From contig JBDOQK010000001.1 in the NCBI GenBank assembly GCA_040437565.1, positions 992,001 through 1,056,000 on the forward strand: a stretch of 64,000 nt of DNA, in the 5' to 3' direction. Shown here in pieces: positions 49,420-62,148 of the stretch; positions within the stretch are counted from its first letter, which is position 1, and every line of letters begins with the position of its first letter. The DNA is from Albugo candida. Lineage: Eukaryota. The notes beneath the pieces are model-generated. The model did not search any database. It saw nothing but the letters and a program-made list of their open reading frames with translations, and was not told the DNA's origin. The translations under genes were made by a program, and so were the position numbers.

Positions 49420-50772
49420 ATGAAGTACAACAACTGGGCTTTGTTTACAATAGGCGCCCTCAACCTTCACGGTATCGAGCCAGAAGGAATTCCATATGAT
49501 GTGAACGACTTGCCCGCTTACAACAAGCATTTTCTAAACAAAGTGATCGAAAATATCGATTCCACGAAAGCTCATTCTGCTGTCTTTGATCATGACGGAA
49601 CTTTGGTCGTAGGCGATATATCTGTCGCCATGATGTCTGAACAAATATCAAGCTTTATGTATGCACTTCCCATAGAAAAGAAAGCATTTGTATCGATTCT
49701 TTCTCTCGGATACGACAAAGGATTGAAAGACGAATGTCTGAAGAACGGGATGCACACCGAAATTGGAATTGATGCCACTAACAAACCTGTCACCTTCCAA
49801 AAGCTTTTGAAAAGTATTTTTGAGGATTATGTGGTTCTGAAGGCCAAGCAGACAGAAAAAACGTCTCAGGAAGATCATTTGAATAATTTTCAAGCCAAGC
49901 TCGGTTTCTACAATGATGCTATCTGGGGGATTGCTAAGAGAGTAGATGCATCTCATCCTTGTAAACATGAACTCGGTCTTAGATTGCTCTCGCAATTATG
50001 GATTGGGCTAACGAGAGAAGAGCTCAACACTCTTATCGATAAAACCTGGAAGAATGGCGCTGATAAGAAAACACAAGTGTACGAATCGACTGGTGATCTG
50101 CAAGTGATAGGACATCAACGCCCCGGGATTAAAGTGATATCACAACAAGTCTCGCTGATAAGTGCGTTGCAAAAGAAACAAGTGAAAGTCTACATCATCA
50201 CTGCTGCGCCGGCTTACATCGTACAACAACTTTCTCACCACTATGGGATTCATAAAGACAACGTTCATGGTCTTCAGCTGAACTTTGACGTCAACCATAA
50301 GTGCATTGGTGTAGATGTGACGGATGCTACATATGGTATTGGCAAGGCTAAGAAGCTTAAAGAGTTGGACCTGGGAGTACTTGTACTTGCCTCAGGCGAT
50401 AGCATGGGCGATTACGAAATGCTGCAAGCTGTCGGTATCCCAACGGGGATAAAGTTAATTGTCAATGCGATACCTTCTGACCAAAAGCTGTTGGAACTGT
50501 ACGGTCAAGCATGTGACAGTGTGAAGGAATATTTTAAAAAGGAGAATGAATTGGCAACGCCATTGAGCCCCAGAATTCTAATCCAAGGCGTTGATCGTAC
50601 AGCACTGACGTGGATCCCTACTGCTTACTCGACGGATAATGATGGAACACCAAAGTACACCGCAAGCAGGCAATGTGAAGAGTACAATTCTGTCCCCATC
50701 AATGCAGTTGGAGTCTACAATCGTAAACATGCATCACGTCGTCGGCTTGTAAGATACATACACGACCAATGA
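49420..50772 (+). CDS. Putative secreted HAD-superfamily phosphatase, paralog 1 (intronless, 450 aa)
   Basis: N-terminus MKYNNWALFTIGALNLHG; HAD motif I AVFDHDGT, II ITAAP, III GIGK, IV GDSMGD. Confidence 0.85.
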   Translation: MKYNNWALFTIGALNLHGIEPEGIPYDVNDLPAYNKHFLNKVIENIDSTKAHSAVFDHDGTLVVGDISVAMMSEQISSFMYALPIEKKAFVSILSLGYDKGLKDECLKNGMHTEIGIDATNKPVTFQKLLKSIFEDYVVLKAKQTEKTSQEDHLNNFQAKLGFYNDAIWGIAKRVDASHPCKHELGLRLLSQLWIGLTREELNTLIDKTWKNGADKKTQVYESTGDLQVIGHQRPGIKVISQQVSLISALQKKQVKVYIITAAPAYIVQQLSHHYGIHKDNVHGLQLNFDVNHKCIGVDVTDATYGIGKAKKLKELDLGVLVLASGDSMGDYEMLQAVGIPTGIKLIVNAIPSDQKLLELYGQACDSVKEYFKKENELATPLSPRILIQGVDRTALTWIPTAYSTDNDGTPKYTASRQCEEYNSVPINAVGVYNRKHASRRRLVRYIHDQ

Positions 50773-52041
50773 CGGACAGACACGATTAAAAATATGCGCT
50801 ATGAGACTGCAGCTTTGAACTAACTTGGTAATCAATAAGCAATTTCTTCACCTTCATTTCAGTGAATAGATCTCTGCTTCAGACATGTCTTCCTATCAGT
50901 CTCTAAATTGCATATAGTAGCTCAGTGCATGAGCACTACCATCCTGATGACCGATAGTCAATGTTTATGTGATCACCGATACATACGGTCAATCGATGGT
51001 TAACACATGCACGTTGTAAGGAAACCTTTTGCTTCTATGAATTTCTGCTAGTTGAAACGATTGTCCGAGTCATTAAATGCAACTGAGGTACAAGAAGATG
51101 TCTCATGATAGACAGATAGCATGAATGAATTACTCCGAGAATAGAGTCATACGGTTGTGTTTTGGACATTGTGAATGACGCTAACTTCGAGAAGTACAAC
51201 TAAAACTGTAATCTACTACGGCTTAATCTTTTGACTACTAAATTGAGCATTCTTTGTGCTTCAAACGATCGTCCAGGAAGAACCAAAGTCCATAGAGTTG
51301 TTATGGAGAGCACTTTGCATATAAGTGCCGGTAAAAGTGCATCAAATTTTGACGTGAGATATGCATACCATTCATTGAACGAAGCGAAGACATCTCATTG
51401 TCGAAGCGCAATGGATTTAGTGCGTTAGCGATTGCTGCAGTAATTATATAAAATTCAATTTGCTATCATATTGATTATATATCATGTTACGCGCAGAAGA
51501 AAGCACAGCAGTACTCGCAAACCTCTCCGTAACTGTGGGCAAAAGCCTGACTTTTTATGTTCCCGCAGTCACAAGGTGGGCTGCTTCTATTCTTGCTTCT
51601 GATCTTAAAAAGATATTCGGCCTATCAGCACCCGATGGATACTCTTTCGAGCAACTTCGAATAGCTGATGGCTCTTCTATAGCCGAAATCGGACAATTGG
51701 CACAACAAAGCGCCCTCGGAAAAAGCCGGCTTTATTCCAGGAAGGTTTGACTGAATTTTTGTATGGGAAATTCCTGAAAAAAATCAATGCATGGAGAATG
51801 TTAATCTGAATACAATCTCCATGAGGATTGTGCCTTTGCCTACTCTTTCATTAGTTCTTGTTCGAAGCACAATGAATGCTGCATGGACTCTGTAGCAGTG
51901 TATATGCGTGTGCTTCGCAGGATCGATCTCACATCCATTCATCTCGTGGCAAAGATACTACTGCTTTTCCCACTCAAGCCCTCGGAATGTGGTACTTTTC
52001 TTCCGACGGTGCAATTGCTTGAATCGATAGTCCACTCAATC

Positions 52042-52057
52042 GCTCATTTTCCATTTC
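52042..52057 (+). promoter_or_regulatory. Oomycete Inr/FPR core promoter of HAD paralog 2
   Basis: GCTCATTTTCCATTTC, close to the GCTCATTYYNCAWTTT consensus, ending 5 nt before ATG 52063. Confidence 0.75.
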
Positions 52058-52062
52058 CACTG

Positions 52063-54523
52063 ATGAAGAATACCCTCTTTATTTTGCTGACTACACGAAT
52101 CCTCAGCTCCTACGGCAGTACCGGAGATGGTACTTCACGCCCCACAGAAAACCTTCTGGACCAGTTGAACGATGTTCCGCAATATAACAAACACTTTTTG
52201 AAGGAGCTGATTGAGAATATCAATCCTACAAATGAATTTGCGGTCTTCGATTATGATGGAACTCTGGTCCTTGGCGATATTTCTGCAGCCATAATGTATG
52301 AACAAACGCTAGAGCATACGTTCAAGATTCCTGTAGATAGATTCAAATCACTATTATCCCTTGGATATGATAAAAACGATAGAAAGGATGCGTGCCTACC
52401 GCTGGGGATGCAGACTCACATCGGAAACGACTTGAAAAAAGCTTCAGTTACCTTCGAAACGCTTTTAAATAGTCTTCAGGAAGACTATCGAAAACTTAAG
52501 ACCGAAAAAATGAAAGAAGAAGAAAGCAAGACTGTTTCTACCAATTTCCGAGCCAAGTTGGGATTTTATAACACGGCTCTCTACAACATTTACAAAAGTG
52601 TGGATGAAGACAATTCGTGCAAAATGGAGATTGGTCTCGGAGAGATCCCAACACTTTGGTTTGGATTACATAAAGAAGAGATCATGCGGCTTGCTCGTCA
52701 GGCCTACCAAAAGGGTCTCAAGAGAGAAATGAAGATGACATTTATATCATCGGGTACATTGGAAGTGGAGGGTGAGCATTATTCCGGAATAAGGCCCGTC
52801 CCACAACAGCTGGCGTTGATACGTGCATTACAATCGAAAAAGGTCAAAGTTCATATCGTCACCGCAGCTCCTGCTCTGGTTGTGGAACAGCTTTCCGAAT
52901 TTTATGGTGTCGATGAGGACTTTGTATCTGGTGTGAAGCTCAATTTTGATACAAACGGTCATTGCCTTGGTGTAGATTTTCATGGAGCTACGTATGGCAG
53001 CGGCAAGGTTGATAAAATCGCGAAGTTTGGCCTGCATAACCTCATCCTCGCTGTAGGAGACACCATGGGCGATTACGAGCTGTTGCAATCCGTCAAACAC
53101 GAAAGAGGAATAAAATTAATCGTCAATACAATTCCATCGAATGAGAAAATGATAGAACTGTACGAGGAAGCATGTCATAGCATGAAGGAGTATTATGAAA
53201 AGAAGCAAACTAGTCAACGTCCCAGAACACTAATCCAAGGCGTTGATCATAATGCACAAAAGTGGATCCCTACTGCTTACTCAAAATATGAGTCATCAAC
53301 ACTCCTTTATACCGCAACGAGCAAATGTGAAATGTATAATCATGATCAAGGCGATCATTCCGTTGTTACTGGTTATCCAGTCCATCATGTCAGCACGCCT
53401 TTCGTCGGCTATCCAAGCCGCAAAACCATTTACACGCAAAGGCAATCTAGTGATTCAAATCGCGTTACTGGTGTTCCTGTCAATGCAAATTGCGCCGTAT
53501 CTCAGCAAAGCCTCACTCCATGTGTGCAAAGCGAAGTACGAAATGTTCCGACCGGTGCAGTACATGGAAATGGACCTCGTCCAGTAATGGAATCACGCGG
53601 TAATGCAAACGTGGTTCGATCGTGTCAGGGATCCGGGCACGATTCAAGTGCTTGTAATAATGACCGTGATGNNNNNNNNNNNNNNNNNNNNNNNNNNNNN
53701 NNNNNNNNNNNNNNNNNNNNNNNNNNNNNNNNNNNNNNNNNNNNNNNNNNNNNNNNNNNNNNNNNNNNNNNATCCAAGCCGCAAAACCATTTACACGCAA
53801 AGGCAATCTAGTGATTCAAATCGCGTTACTGGTGTTCCTGTCAATGCAAATTGCGCCGTATCTCAGCAAAGCCTCACTCCATGTGTGCAAAGCGAAGTAC
53901 GAAATGTTCCGACCGGTGCAGTACATGGAAATGGACCTCGTCCAGTAATGGAATCACGCGGTAATGCAAACGTGGTTCGATCGTGTCAGGGATCCGGGCA
54001 CGATTCAAGTGCTTGTAATAATGACCGTGATGTGAGTGCTCATCCATCTTCAAAGGGACACAACCATGCTCGAAATCCGCCTGGAGGTGAGTCAGGACAA
54101 ACACAAGCTCACGATAACAACCGTTGCGAAGGAGCCCAAAGCCAAGGTTGTTCTAATGGTAATAGCGCATCTGATTGTGGAACGAATGGAAAAAAGGATC
54201 ATCCCTCTGGTAGCCATAATCACGGAGGTAAACCGTGTGGCCACAAGCATGGCAGTAAGATCGATAAAGCTGCATTAGCACTAGCGGCAACCGTTGGGGC
54301 TGTTACATTAGGAGGCGCATTATATCTCATAAACTCACCCAAGGAGCAAGTTGAAGCACCTCCTGATACTAATGCGGGTACCAATGACGCGACTCCACCA
54401 CCGACCGATGGACAAAGCGATTCACCCCCGAGCGATGCATCGACCGATTCCAACAGCGGTACAGCTCCAGCAACCGGCGAGACGGATGGTGCTGATTCGG
54501 CAGCACCCGTAGCATCGAGCTAA
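52063..54523 (+). CDS. Putative cell-surface HAD-superfamily phosphatase, paralog 2 (~699 aa after collapsing the gap duplication), with low-complexity stalk and TM segment
   Basis: N-terminus MKNTLFILLTTRILSSYG; AVFDYDGT, VTAAP, GSGK, GDTMGD; G/S/N/H/C-rich stalk; AALALAATVGAVTLGGALYLI; acidic P/T/D/S tail. Confidence 0.85.
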
Positions 54524-54641
54524 ATCATGCAGCAATATTTTTTCGACTTTCTATATTGTGCCGAAATTAACGTCAGAATTGAAAGACATGCTCTTTGCTC
54601 AGTACATATCACCACGTGATAGACTGTACTTCAAATTGATT

Positions 54642-56642
54642 CTACAATTCCAGAAGATTCTCCACGTCGAGCTGCAGGATATCGGTGTCGCTACCCTATT
54701 ATAGTACACGGACTAAAACGCAGCAAGCGTACAAGCAGGGGTGATTCATACCAGATAGGTAGAGAGATTGGGCTGTGTTCGGCCTCTGTCCCCGTGAATA
54801 AATTCCTTCACGTAGGTACCTGCCGACGTTGTAAGACGCACGATCATGTAGTGTTTGTTTATGATCTCGCAATTGATTTGATGTATGATCTTGCAGCGAT
54901 TCATCAATGTTCTTCGATGTAAAACTCGAATTGGAGTCATCTGATCGATTTTTAGATCCGAAAGCTTGGTTAATACATCGACTTTTTCGGGCGTTATCTC
55001 TGCCTTGCTCCAAATGACACAGCTGTAATAACATATCTATTAGTACCATCCAAGTAGATTCGATCACGACATTCACCAATATGTTTTCTTTTTGGTGTCA
55101 GCCCCGTTTTGCAAGCATGTGAAGTATTCTTTATTGGTAAGCTGGATGTCGCGTACTTCCACGAGTCCTTCGTTAGTCGTGTTGATGGCCTTTTCAAGCT
55201 GATCCAGTTGATCTTTGCTCCGTGAAGCGTTCTTTGCGTCTATATTTCGTAAGAGAGAGGAGTCAGACGACTTGACTTGTACGAAAATCGTAGGAAAGAC
55301 AATTACTTAGTATCTCGATAATGAATGGCCGACCGTTTCCAAGCATGCGAACATCAACATCTTCTCTCCCCGCCGAATGAAACTTGTAGCCGCTTCCACG
55401 AAATAAAGGTAGGACCAAAGTTCCAATACATTCTTCAACAGATTTTTCCGCCATTCGCTCACCCTCGATAATCCTAGACACTTTCAGTATCAATTTCTGA
55501 GATATCCATACATCATTTCGTACCAGCAACTTTGACTCACGCCTCGTTTGTGTTTCAAGTATCTTCCTCGTACGTAAAGAGGATCTCGTTCAAACTGAAT
55601 CACACTTATTGCTCCAGTAAAGAGGCGTACTGGAGGACACTAGTGGTATAAAAAACAGTCAATCCAAGATACAAGTGGCCAGGATGAGATACAAACTTGA
55701 ATGCTTTCAGGCAAGTTCTGTAACGCTGCTAGAGCGCGTAAAACGATTCCACAACCAATTTCTGATTTTGGATTTCCTCTTCGACGAAAAGTATTATTTG
55801 TCTTCTATCATCTTAGAATGAACATAGAGCACGAATGATCTGGATAGATACATACTAACCGATAGAGATGGGAGCTGCATGACTTCAGCTGCGGCCTCCG
55901 AGTGGACGATGTCGACAATGACATGAAAATCACTCGAGCTGGGAGACTCCGGTATTCCAATCGCTTCGGATATTGGACCATTCAAATAGTACTGACAAAA
56001 CGATGAGCATTTGAATAAGTCTATCCACATACATTCGAACCTTAAATACTTCTTTTATATTGAGAGGAGCTTTGAAATCATCACATTGTAATTGGGTTCG
56101 TATAAAGTGACCCAACACGTATTCTCTCAACATGATTGCGCCTTCCACTTTGAAGCTTAGTGTGAAGGACTTGGTCTCGTATTCTCTACTCTTCAAATGG
56201 ATGATCAGCATGTAGCGTATTGGTATCAATTTTACTGGTACTCTTGTTCTAATTTTTCTTTGATCTGAAGTGCTGTCGTTCTTGCGAATTGGTCACTGCA
56301 GACGTTCAAACAGCATACGCACACTACGTCTCATTCAATCAGTTGCGAATTATTGCCAGATGCCCCAAAGAAATACCAGAATCGATGGTAGCAGTGTCCG
56401 ATAAATCTTTTATGTCGACATTCTTTTGCAAACAATGAGCAAGAAACTCTGCTCTGAGCTCTTTATCTGACTGACTAAGCAATGCATTCAGACAAAATAC
56501 AACCTTTTGGATGAACCAACCTGAACAATTTTGCAAGCGGGTAATTTCCGCCTATTCGCAGACAGCATCGGATGCACGTTTCATGCTGTAGTAATAGTAC
56601 TAATGCTTCATGCGGTAGATACAGGTTCGGCATCACTGACAT
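54642..56642 (-). CDS. PUS10: tRNA pseudouridine synthase Pus10 (many exons)
   Basis: N-terminal CIRC, catalytic FHSAGREDVDVRMLGNGRPF, TSAGTYVKEFIHGDRGRTQP, DILQLDV. Confidence 0.93.
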
Positions 56643-57782
56643 CCTGACCAATTATAAGGCAGGTGATTTTCTAGTTAAGGGTACCAAGTTAACATCGGGC
56701 TGATACATTGGGCAACAGGATTCATCTCTACAGCGATCTGATCTCGATACTGGTTGTGATTGGTGCTTGTGTAATGCGTGTCAATATAAGAATATATGGG
56801 ATCATTAGCTGTCGGCATATCGTTGTGTCTTTGTGAATTTTTTGAGAGCGTAAGTAGCCTGAACCGCTGTAAAGTTGTATTTATTGCGTCGTTGCGGACA
56901 TACCGAGATTTTTAAATTATCTCTATTTGATCAATCACTTCCACATGTATATATGGATACAACTCAAGATGCATCAGTGACTTTACTCATCGTGAGCAGT
57001 ATTATCAGCTTTGTATGGTAATTATCCCAAATCGAAGTTCATATATTCTGATTTGGTCTGCTCTATCGATCGATAACCTTGTGAGGCAGTAGTGGATACT
57101 GATCCTACCACAACAAGCATAAACCATGCTGCCATGCCTATTGTGTCAAGTACTCTACGACTATTGTTGTACAAGAGAGATTTGGTTGTGCCAAACGCCA
57201 TGTGTTGTTGTTCGAAATTATTTCGCATGGTAGCTCTAGACACCATCAGAAGGAAGCAAGAATGCAACGGACACATGCGCATTTACCGCGCTATATTTAT
57301 TATCGATCATGAAGGTGAGAATGGAAGGTCTCCGAGCACTTTTGGAATTGAGAATGTCGTCACCTCGCGCAAGCCTTCTGGTGAAGATTAGATTCTGAGT
57401 CCGTAGAAAAAACATAGTTTTGTCGTCGTACATCGCTGAAAAATCAAGCACAGTAGCGTAGATCCTGTAGAAGCTCAATATGTCTGAGCGATAAAGATTA
57501 CAATATTTCTTTTCATCGCAAAAGCGGGCAATGAAGTGTCATGTCGCTTGTTAATGGAGAGCGAATAATTCTACCCAGTTCAATTCCGTCTTTTTTCCCA
57601 TAAATGGCAAGTCTTTCAAGGGTACGACTGGAATCTGAGATGATGCACAGTATCACACATCGTGCACCTCAATGAATACGAATATGTAAAAACGAAATAA
57701 GTTTCTCTGCCTGGGCACTACATTCCAGCTAGAAATCACCTCGATCTAATACTTTGAACTCAATACACTCGCATCACCTGAA

Positions 57783-60589
57783 TCACTCCATACCACGCAG
57801 TTTTGAATACCAGTTCGGTGGGTTGCCGGGAAGAGGATTCGATACAATTTGTTTTCTTGTCGGGTCAACTTTAAGGTTATTTGACTGACGTGCAGGTGAT
57901 ACAGGCGCATTCTTCTGTCGCTTATCAACATTTCCGCCAAGAGTATGGCAATTGTAGTCACTAGTTTTGTCTAGAGTACGCCGTAATGTTGAAAGAGAGA
58001 ACTTTAACCCATTCAATTCATCTCGCTGTGAAAGAACTCGAGATAACGTTTGCTGGGTATGCTGGGAACTTTCCTGTAGCTTCTGAAACATTTTGGACTT
58101 TTCTTCCAGTTGGAGCTTTGACTGTAGCAGCTCTGCTTCTCGATCACGCAATTTATTTACCTAACGAATACATTACAATCGAGAAACTGAGATGAATAGA
58201 GGAAGAATAATATACTAGATAGCTTTGGGGCTGGCTGAATTCGTCCAGTTGATTACGAAGTAAATTGTTCATCCTAGAGCTTTCAAGAAGTTGTGCTTGT
58301 AAACTTTTCAGCTTTTGTTCGTTGCGGGAAATCTCATCCTGGTATTTGGTCACTTTACGAGCAAGTATTTTCAGCTGTTGAAGCCAGGTATATAATATAA
58401 TGAAAAAAGGGACACGTGTGCGCGATAATTTACCTGGCGCTCCATGCCGTCAGAGCACGGTGTTTTGAGAGACGAATCACAATCGATGTCCAAGCAATCT
58501 GACTCGAATTGATGACGATCTTCATCATACTTCCGTAATACTTGACGAAGCTTGTCGGATTTCTACAAGATTCAGTATAGCACTTAGATAGATGATAAAA
58601 GGATGGAGTTGAGAACACACTGTACCGCTTTTTCGTTCAGAGTTGTTTCAAGCGATATTATTTTTGCATTTGAGGTGTTTTCGAGCCTGAGAAATTCCTC
58701 TTGATGAATTTGTAACTATGAAACTTCAGTCTTCAACAATTATACATAAATGTTGCATTCATGGCACCTTTTGATTCAGCAAATCGATTTGTATCAAAGC
58801 TTTGCGTAACTCTGCACATTGTTCTTCATATTTGGTTTGCAGCTCAGCATGCTTCAGCAATAATGAGAAAAGAAACCAAATATAACAGTGATTCTCTTAC
58901 CTCATACTGTCGCATTTTCAGCTCAACCTCCAGAGATGATATAGTCTTGCTGTATAAATGCTCTCGTTTTGTCAATTCTTGTGTCTACACAAAGCGGCTT
59001 GGGTCCGTCTACAAACGCTTCATCACTATGATACGCATCTAACCTTTTTGTCCAGTTTTGAATCAAGATTTGTGATTTTGATTTCTGCTTTACGGAGTTG
59101 CTCCAAAAGAGTTTTTGTATGTGCTTCTCTTGTCTCTACTTCGTCACGACCATTACTGTTGTGTCGTATCGTCTGGAACTCTTTTTGTAAGAGCATCATG
59201 CAGGTTTTATCCGTGGAATCAAGCTTATGTTCAATCGTTGTGCGAATCTCTTCGTGGAATTTTGTCATTTGCACCATCAGTTCATTCTTACTTGCTTCAA
59301 CTTCCTTGATTCGATTCTTGAGAACGCTCTCTGAGTTCAGCCATCTAGTTTTACTCGTTTCGTGCTCCAATATGGTCTTTTCAAGGAAACGTTTATCTTC
59401 TTGCAAAAGATCTACCATTTGCTTCAAATTATCTTTGTCTAAAAACAGCTTTTCCACCTCTTGCTTCGCGCTTCGCAATTCTTTCTCCAGAGAGACTTTG
59501 ACCTGTTGTAAAGCATCATAATCGACGTGACTTTCTTCGACGGCTGGTTGACCTTGTAAACACGCGCATTTGTTGTGTTTTGACACGTGCAATTCGCCAC
59601 ATAGTTTCTTAACATTTTCTTCCAGTAAGTCCTTTGCTGATTGTACTGTAACCAGCTCATGTTCCAGCGATCTTTGGATTGCCTCCGTTTCCTTTCTATA
59701 CAATAAATTTGTTTTTTCCAACTCTGAGTTTTCTCGTTGACAATCTTCACAGCTATTGCGTAAGAATGCAATCTCGTCGAGTTGTTGCTTCGACTTCTTT
59801 ACATGTTTAGTAATTTCACTGTGTAGTTGCAATTGAACAAATTCTTTCAGTGTGAGTGTTTCTTTCTTTTGCCGAAGAAGCTACAGAAGGATGATGTCTT
59901 ATAGGTTGGTGACCATGCAAATTGCTTAATCAAACCTGAGCTGCTAGCGCGTCTGATATTTTCAAGTCTGTAAAGTGTGAAAATTCCATATTCAATTGAT
60001 TCTTTATTCTTTGATTCTCATCAATGAGCTTTTCGTGTTTGGATCGAACTTCTTCCAAAGACTCCTGTGATGTAAGAAGCACATTTGAGCCATGCAGCAG
60101 CCATCGAGACTAGTTCCTCAGTACCGTCAGTATTTGAATCGTCTTAGCGAGTTGCATCCTTTCTTCGTTACATTTCATTTCGCTTCGTTCGTAATTTAGT
60201 TGACAGGATTCTAATCGCTTCACAATCTTTTGAACTTGTACTTGATAAAAGCGTCTCAATATATTTTCCGACTCGGCATGGGATCGCTTCTTATCACATT
60301 CTGGTATGCTCCACACATCATCATGCTGATGTGTTTTATACTGTTGGAATGAAAGTGGTAGCGATAAATCACTGCTTTCGCTCGCTGATGGAGGTGTGGA
60401 GTCGGACGATGGTCGTTCAAATTCTTTCTCTTCTTGCGTCGGTAGATGAGAAATGCGATCATACTCATTGCCTTTGTACGCATTCAATGTGACGGATTCT
60501 TGGCGAGACAGACCTAGTTGCAACATAAGCCGGTGGAAATGAGTATCTGATTGCTGACATCGTTCGGATCGAAATGATCGCGAAGGCAT
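57783..60589 (-). CDS. Hypothetical multi-exon coiled-coil protein
   Basis: Run of K/E/L/Q-rich heptad ORFs (60110-60589, 59026-59832, 58153-58353, 57783-58151) separated by intron-like segments; no family recognised. Confidence 0.7.
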
Positions 60590-60750
60590 GATCGAGTATT
60601 ACACCAATCACAGCGCGATGGTCAATCTGGATTATAAAAACGCTTTCAATTTTGGGATTACAGCAAATGCACACTCTACTCTCGTCCAAAAACCAAGTCA
60701 TGGGTTCTGAATTTGGCAGTATTGAACATTTTATTGATGCGATGATGCTA

Positions 60751-61431
60751 CTATACTATGAAAGGTGCGCCAAGAGACATAATACGATAGCTGTAAAGCG
60801 CTTTTACTTGCTTCCTAGGTTGAAGTACAATAATGATGATATCAACATGATCGCGAACTTCTATCACTGAGTTGAGTACGCTACAAACGATCATCGCGAA
60901 TGAGACTACCATCTTGTGCACATTTAGATAAGGGCGTAGGTTATTTAAGGACGCCTGCATTCGCGTTGCTGACTTCGGAATACTGGTACATGTGGCAATC
61001 AATCGGTCGTTTTTGTTATCGGCGTCCCCTCTTGGAGAGATGGTGCCCGAATCATCATGATTATCAAGATAGTACTGNNNNNNNNNNNNNNNNNNNNNNN
61101 NNNNNNNNNNNNNNNNNNNNNNNNNNNNNNNNNNNNNNNNNNNNNNNNNNNNNNNNNNNNNNNNNNNNNNNNNNNNNATCACTGAGTTGAGTACGCTACA
61201 AACGATCATCGCGAATGAGACTACCATCTTGTGCACATTTAGATAAGGGCGTAGGTTATTTAAGGACGCCTGCATTCGCGTTGCTGACTTCGGAATACTG
61301 GTACATGTGGCAATCAATCGGTCGTTTTTGTTATCGGCGTCCCCTCTTGGAGAGATGGTGCCCGAATCATCATGATTATCAAGATAGTACTGGTAGTCTG
61401 ATTCAATAAATCTCGGAACAAATCGCCGCAT
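60751..61431 (-). CDS. Small hypothetical protein, possibly with C-terminal hydrophobic segment
   Basis: ORF MRRFVPRFIESDYQYYL...; partly duplicated across the gap; exon structure unclear. Confidence 0.3.
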   Translation of the reverse strand: MRRFVPRFIESDYQYYLDNHDDSGTISPRGDADNKNDRLIATCTSIPKSATRMQASLNNLRPYLNVHKMVVSFAMIVCSVLNSVXXXXXXXXXXXXXXXXXXXXXXXXXXXXXXXXXXQYYLDNHDDSGTISPRGDADNKNDRLIATCTSIPKSATRMQASLNNLRPYLNVHKMVVSFAMIVCSVLNSVIEVRDHVDIIIIVLQPRKQVKALYSYRIMSLGAPFIV

Positions 61432-62148
61432 ATCAGTCTGCACTTCGACATTCCGGCATGGTTTTCGAACAGAGTGTTAATTATTCACTAAAAGAAAGCT
61501 ACAAATGGTGTCAAGCTTAGAACTCATTTGAGCGCAGAATTAGATGCGGAGTACTTGACATTGAGTTGAAAGAAAAATCGTTCTAAGTGTATCGTAAGCC
61601 TGTGCACGCACGGCTCGACCTATTTCAACTTCCAAAACCTGATTTTTTCTGTGAGTACACACAATAAAGCGTGCGAGATGGGTGCTGCATATACATAACG
61701 CAATGATGCAGGTTCTCATCTGTTAAAAATGAGCGAGTTCCTGCGAAAATTACTCGCTTCTGTTGCAATTGTGGCCTATCCTTGACTTCGACAACCATAT
61801 GAGAAAAGAGGCTTTGTGTGCTATGACCCCTATTGTAGTTGAGATGAATCTTTATGCATGACATGACAACAGGGTACAAAATACGAGAATCGAAGGAGCT
61901 CCATGACTGAAGCCTTACTAATTAATCATGGTTTGAACAGTATGTATAAAGGATCGCCCGAGTCTACGCGCTCTTTGTCGCCATCGCTCATAAAGTTGTA
62001 TACAACTAGACGGTGATTATGACGCTTGATTATCCGAACTGTATTCGAATGATCGAAAGCATGCAGCTTATTAATGGAATTGGCTGGTCACCGGAATTGA
62101 ATTTACTTCGACATATATACATGCATGATCTTTATTGCAAAAATATTA

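Noticed and set aside
51484-51750. 88-aa ORF between the HAD paralogs
   Set aside because: No recognisable motif and no similarity to the HAD genes; may be a chance ORF or a remnant.
49420-54523. RXLR, LFLAK, CHXC or CCG effector motifs in the putatively secreted proteins
   Set aside because: None seen at the expected position after the N-terminal hydrophobic segments.
57022-57478. Short ORFs with a hydrophobic stretch between PUS10 and the coiled-coil gene
   Set aside because: Could not build a consistent in-frame spliced model.
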